From Elusimicrobiota bacterium (GTDB lineage: Bacteria; Elusimicrobiota; Elusimicrobia; Elusimicrobiales; UBA9959), in contig JBAXKK010000065.1 in assembly GCA_037137395.1 (NCBI GenBank), positions 1 to 14,852 of the forward strand: DNA of 14,852 nt, in the 5' to 3' direction. Of this stretch, positions 14,798-14,852 are shown piece by piece. The position numbers were made by a program, and so were the translations under genes. The first letter of the stretch is position 1, and every line of letters begins with the position of its first letter. The notes below the pieces were generated by a model. It worked only from the letters and a program-made list of their open reading frames with translations. It ran no database searches and was not told where the DNA came from.

Positions 14798-14852
14798 GCC
14801 CCCGTCGTTCAACGGATAGGACGAGAGTTTCCTAAACTCCAAATAGAGGTTC
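14798..14852 (+). tRNA. tRNA-Arg (anticodon CCT), truncated by the window end
   Basis: gcccccg-tc-gttc-aacggata-ggac (D arm), anticodon arm agagt-ttCCTaa-actcc, T-arm start agagg-ttc; 3' part lies outside the window. Confidence 0.8.

Overview
Bacterial chromosomal window with nearly all genes on the + strand. The left end (1-2320) is a compact recombinase module: a hairpin-rich ~280-bp non-coding region, a small MerR/excisionase-like HTH gene and a large serine recombinase (LSR) whose 3' end overlaps the start of miaB. The module is bracketed by a perfect 165-bp inverted repeat (50-214 vs 2148-2312) that contains the LSR 3' end and the first 26 codons of miaB and stops inside the conserved MiaB TYGCQMN motif. 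This is the most unusual feature: a candidate invertible or integrative switch at miaB, with an assembly artefact not excluded. Housekeeping genes follow: miaB, a PilZ protein, miaA, a 197-bp palindromic element where hfq often sits, hflX, plsY, gpsA, a DUF151 nuclease, HU/IHF and a MerR-type regulator. Next is tRNA-Pro(GGG), flanked by a duplicate of its 5' half and a duplicate of its 3' end. The rest comprises a secreted serpin, an MGDG-synthase-like glycosyltransferase, tRNA-Pro(CGG) on the minus strand, a sigma-70 factor, apt and a tRNA-Arg(CCT) cut by the window end. Degenerate 7/8-mer repeats occur in intergenic regions and also in-frame inside miaB. All calls come from reading the sequence; no searches were run.
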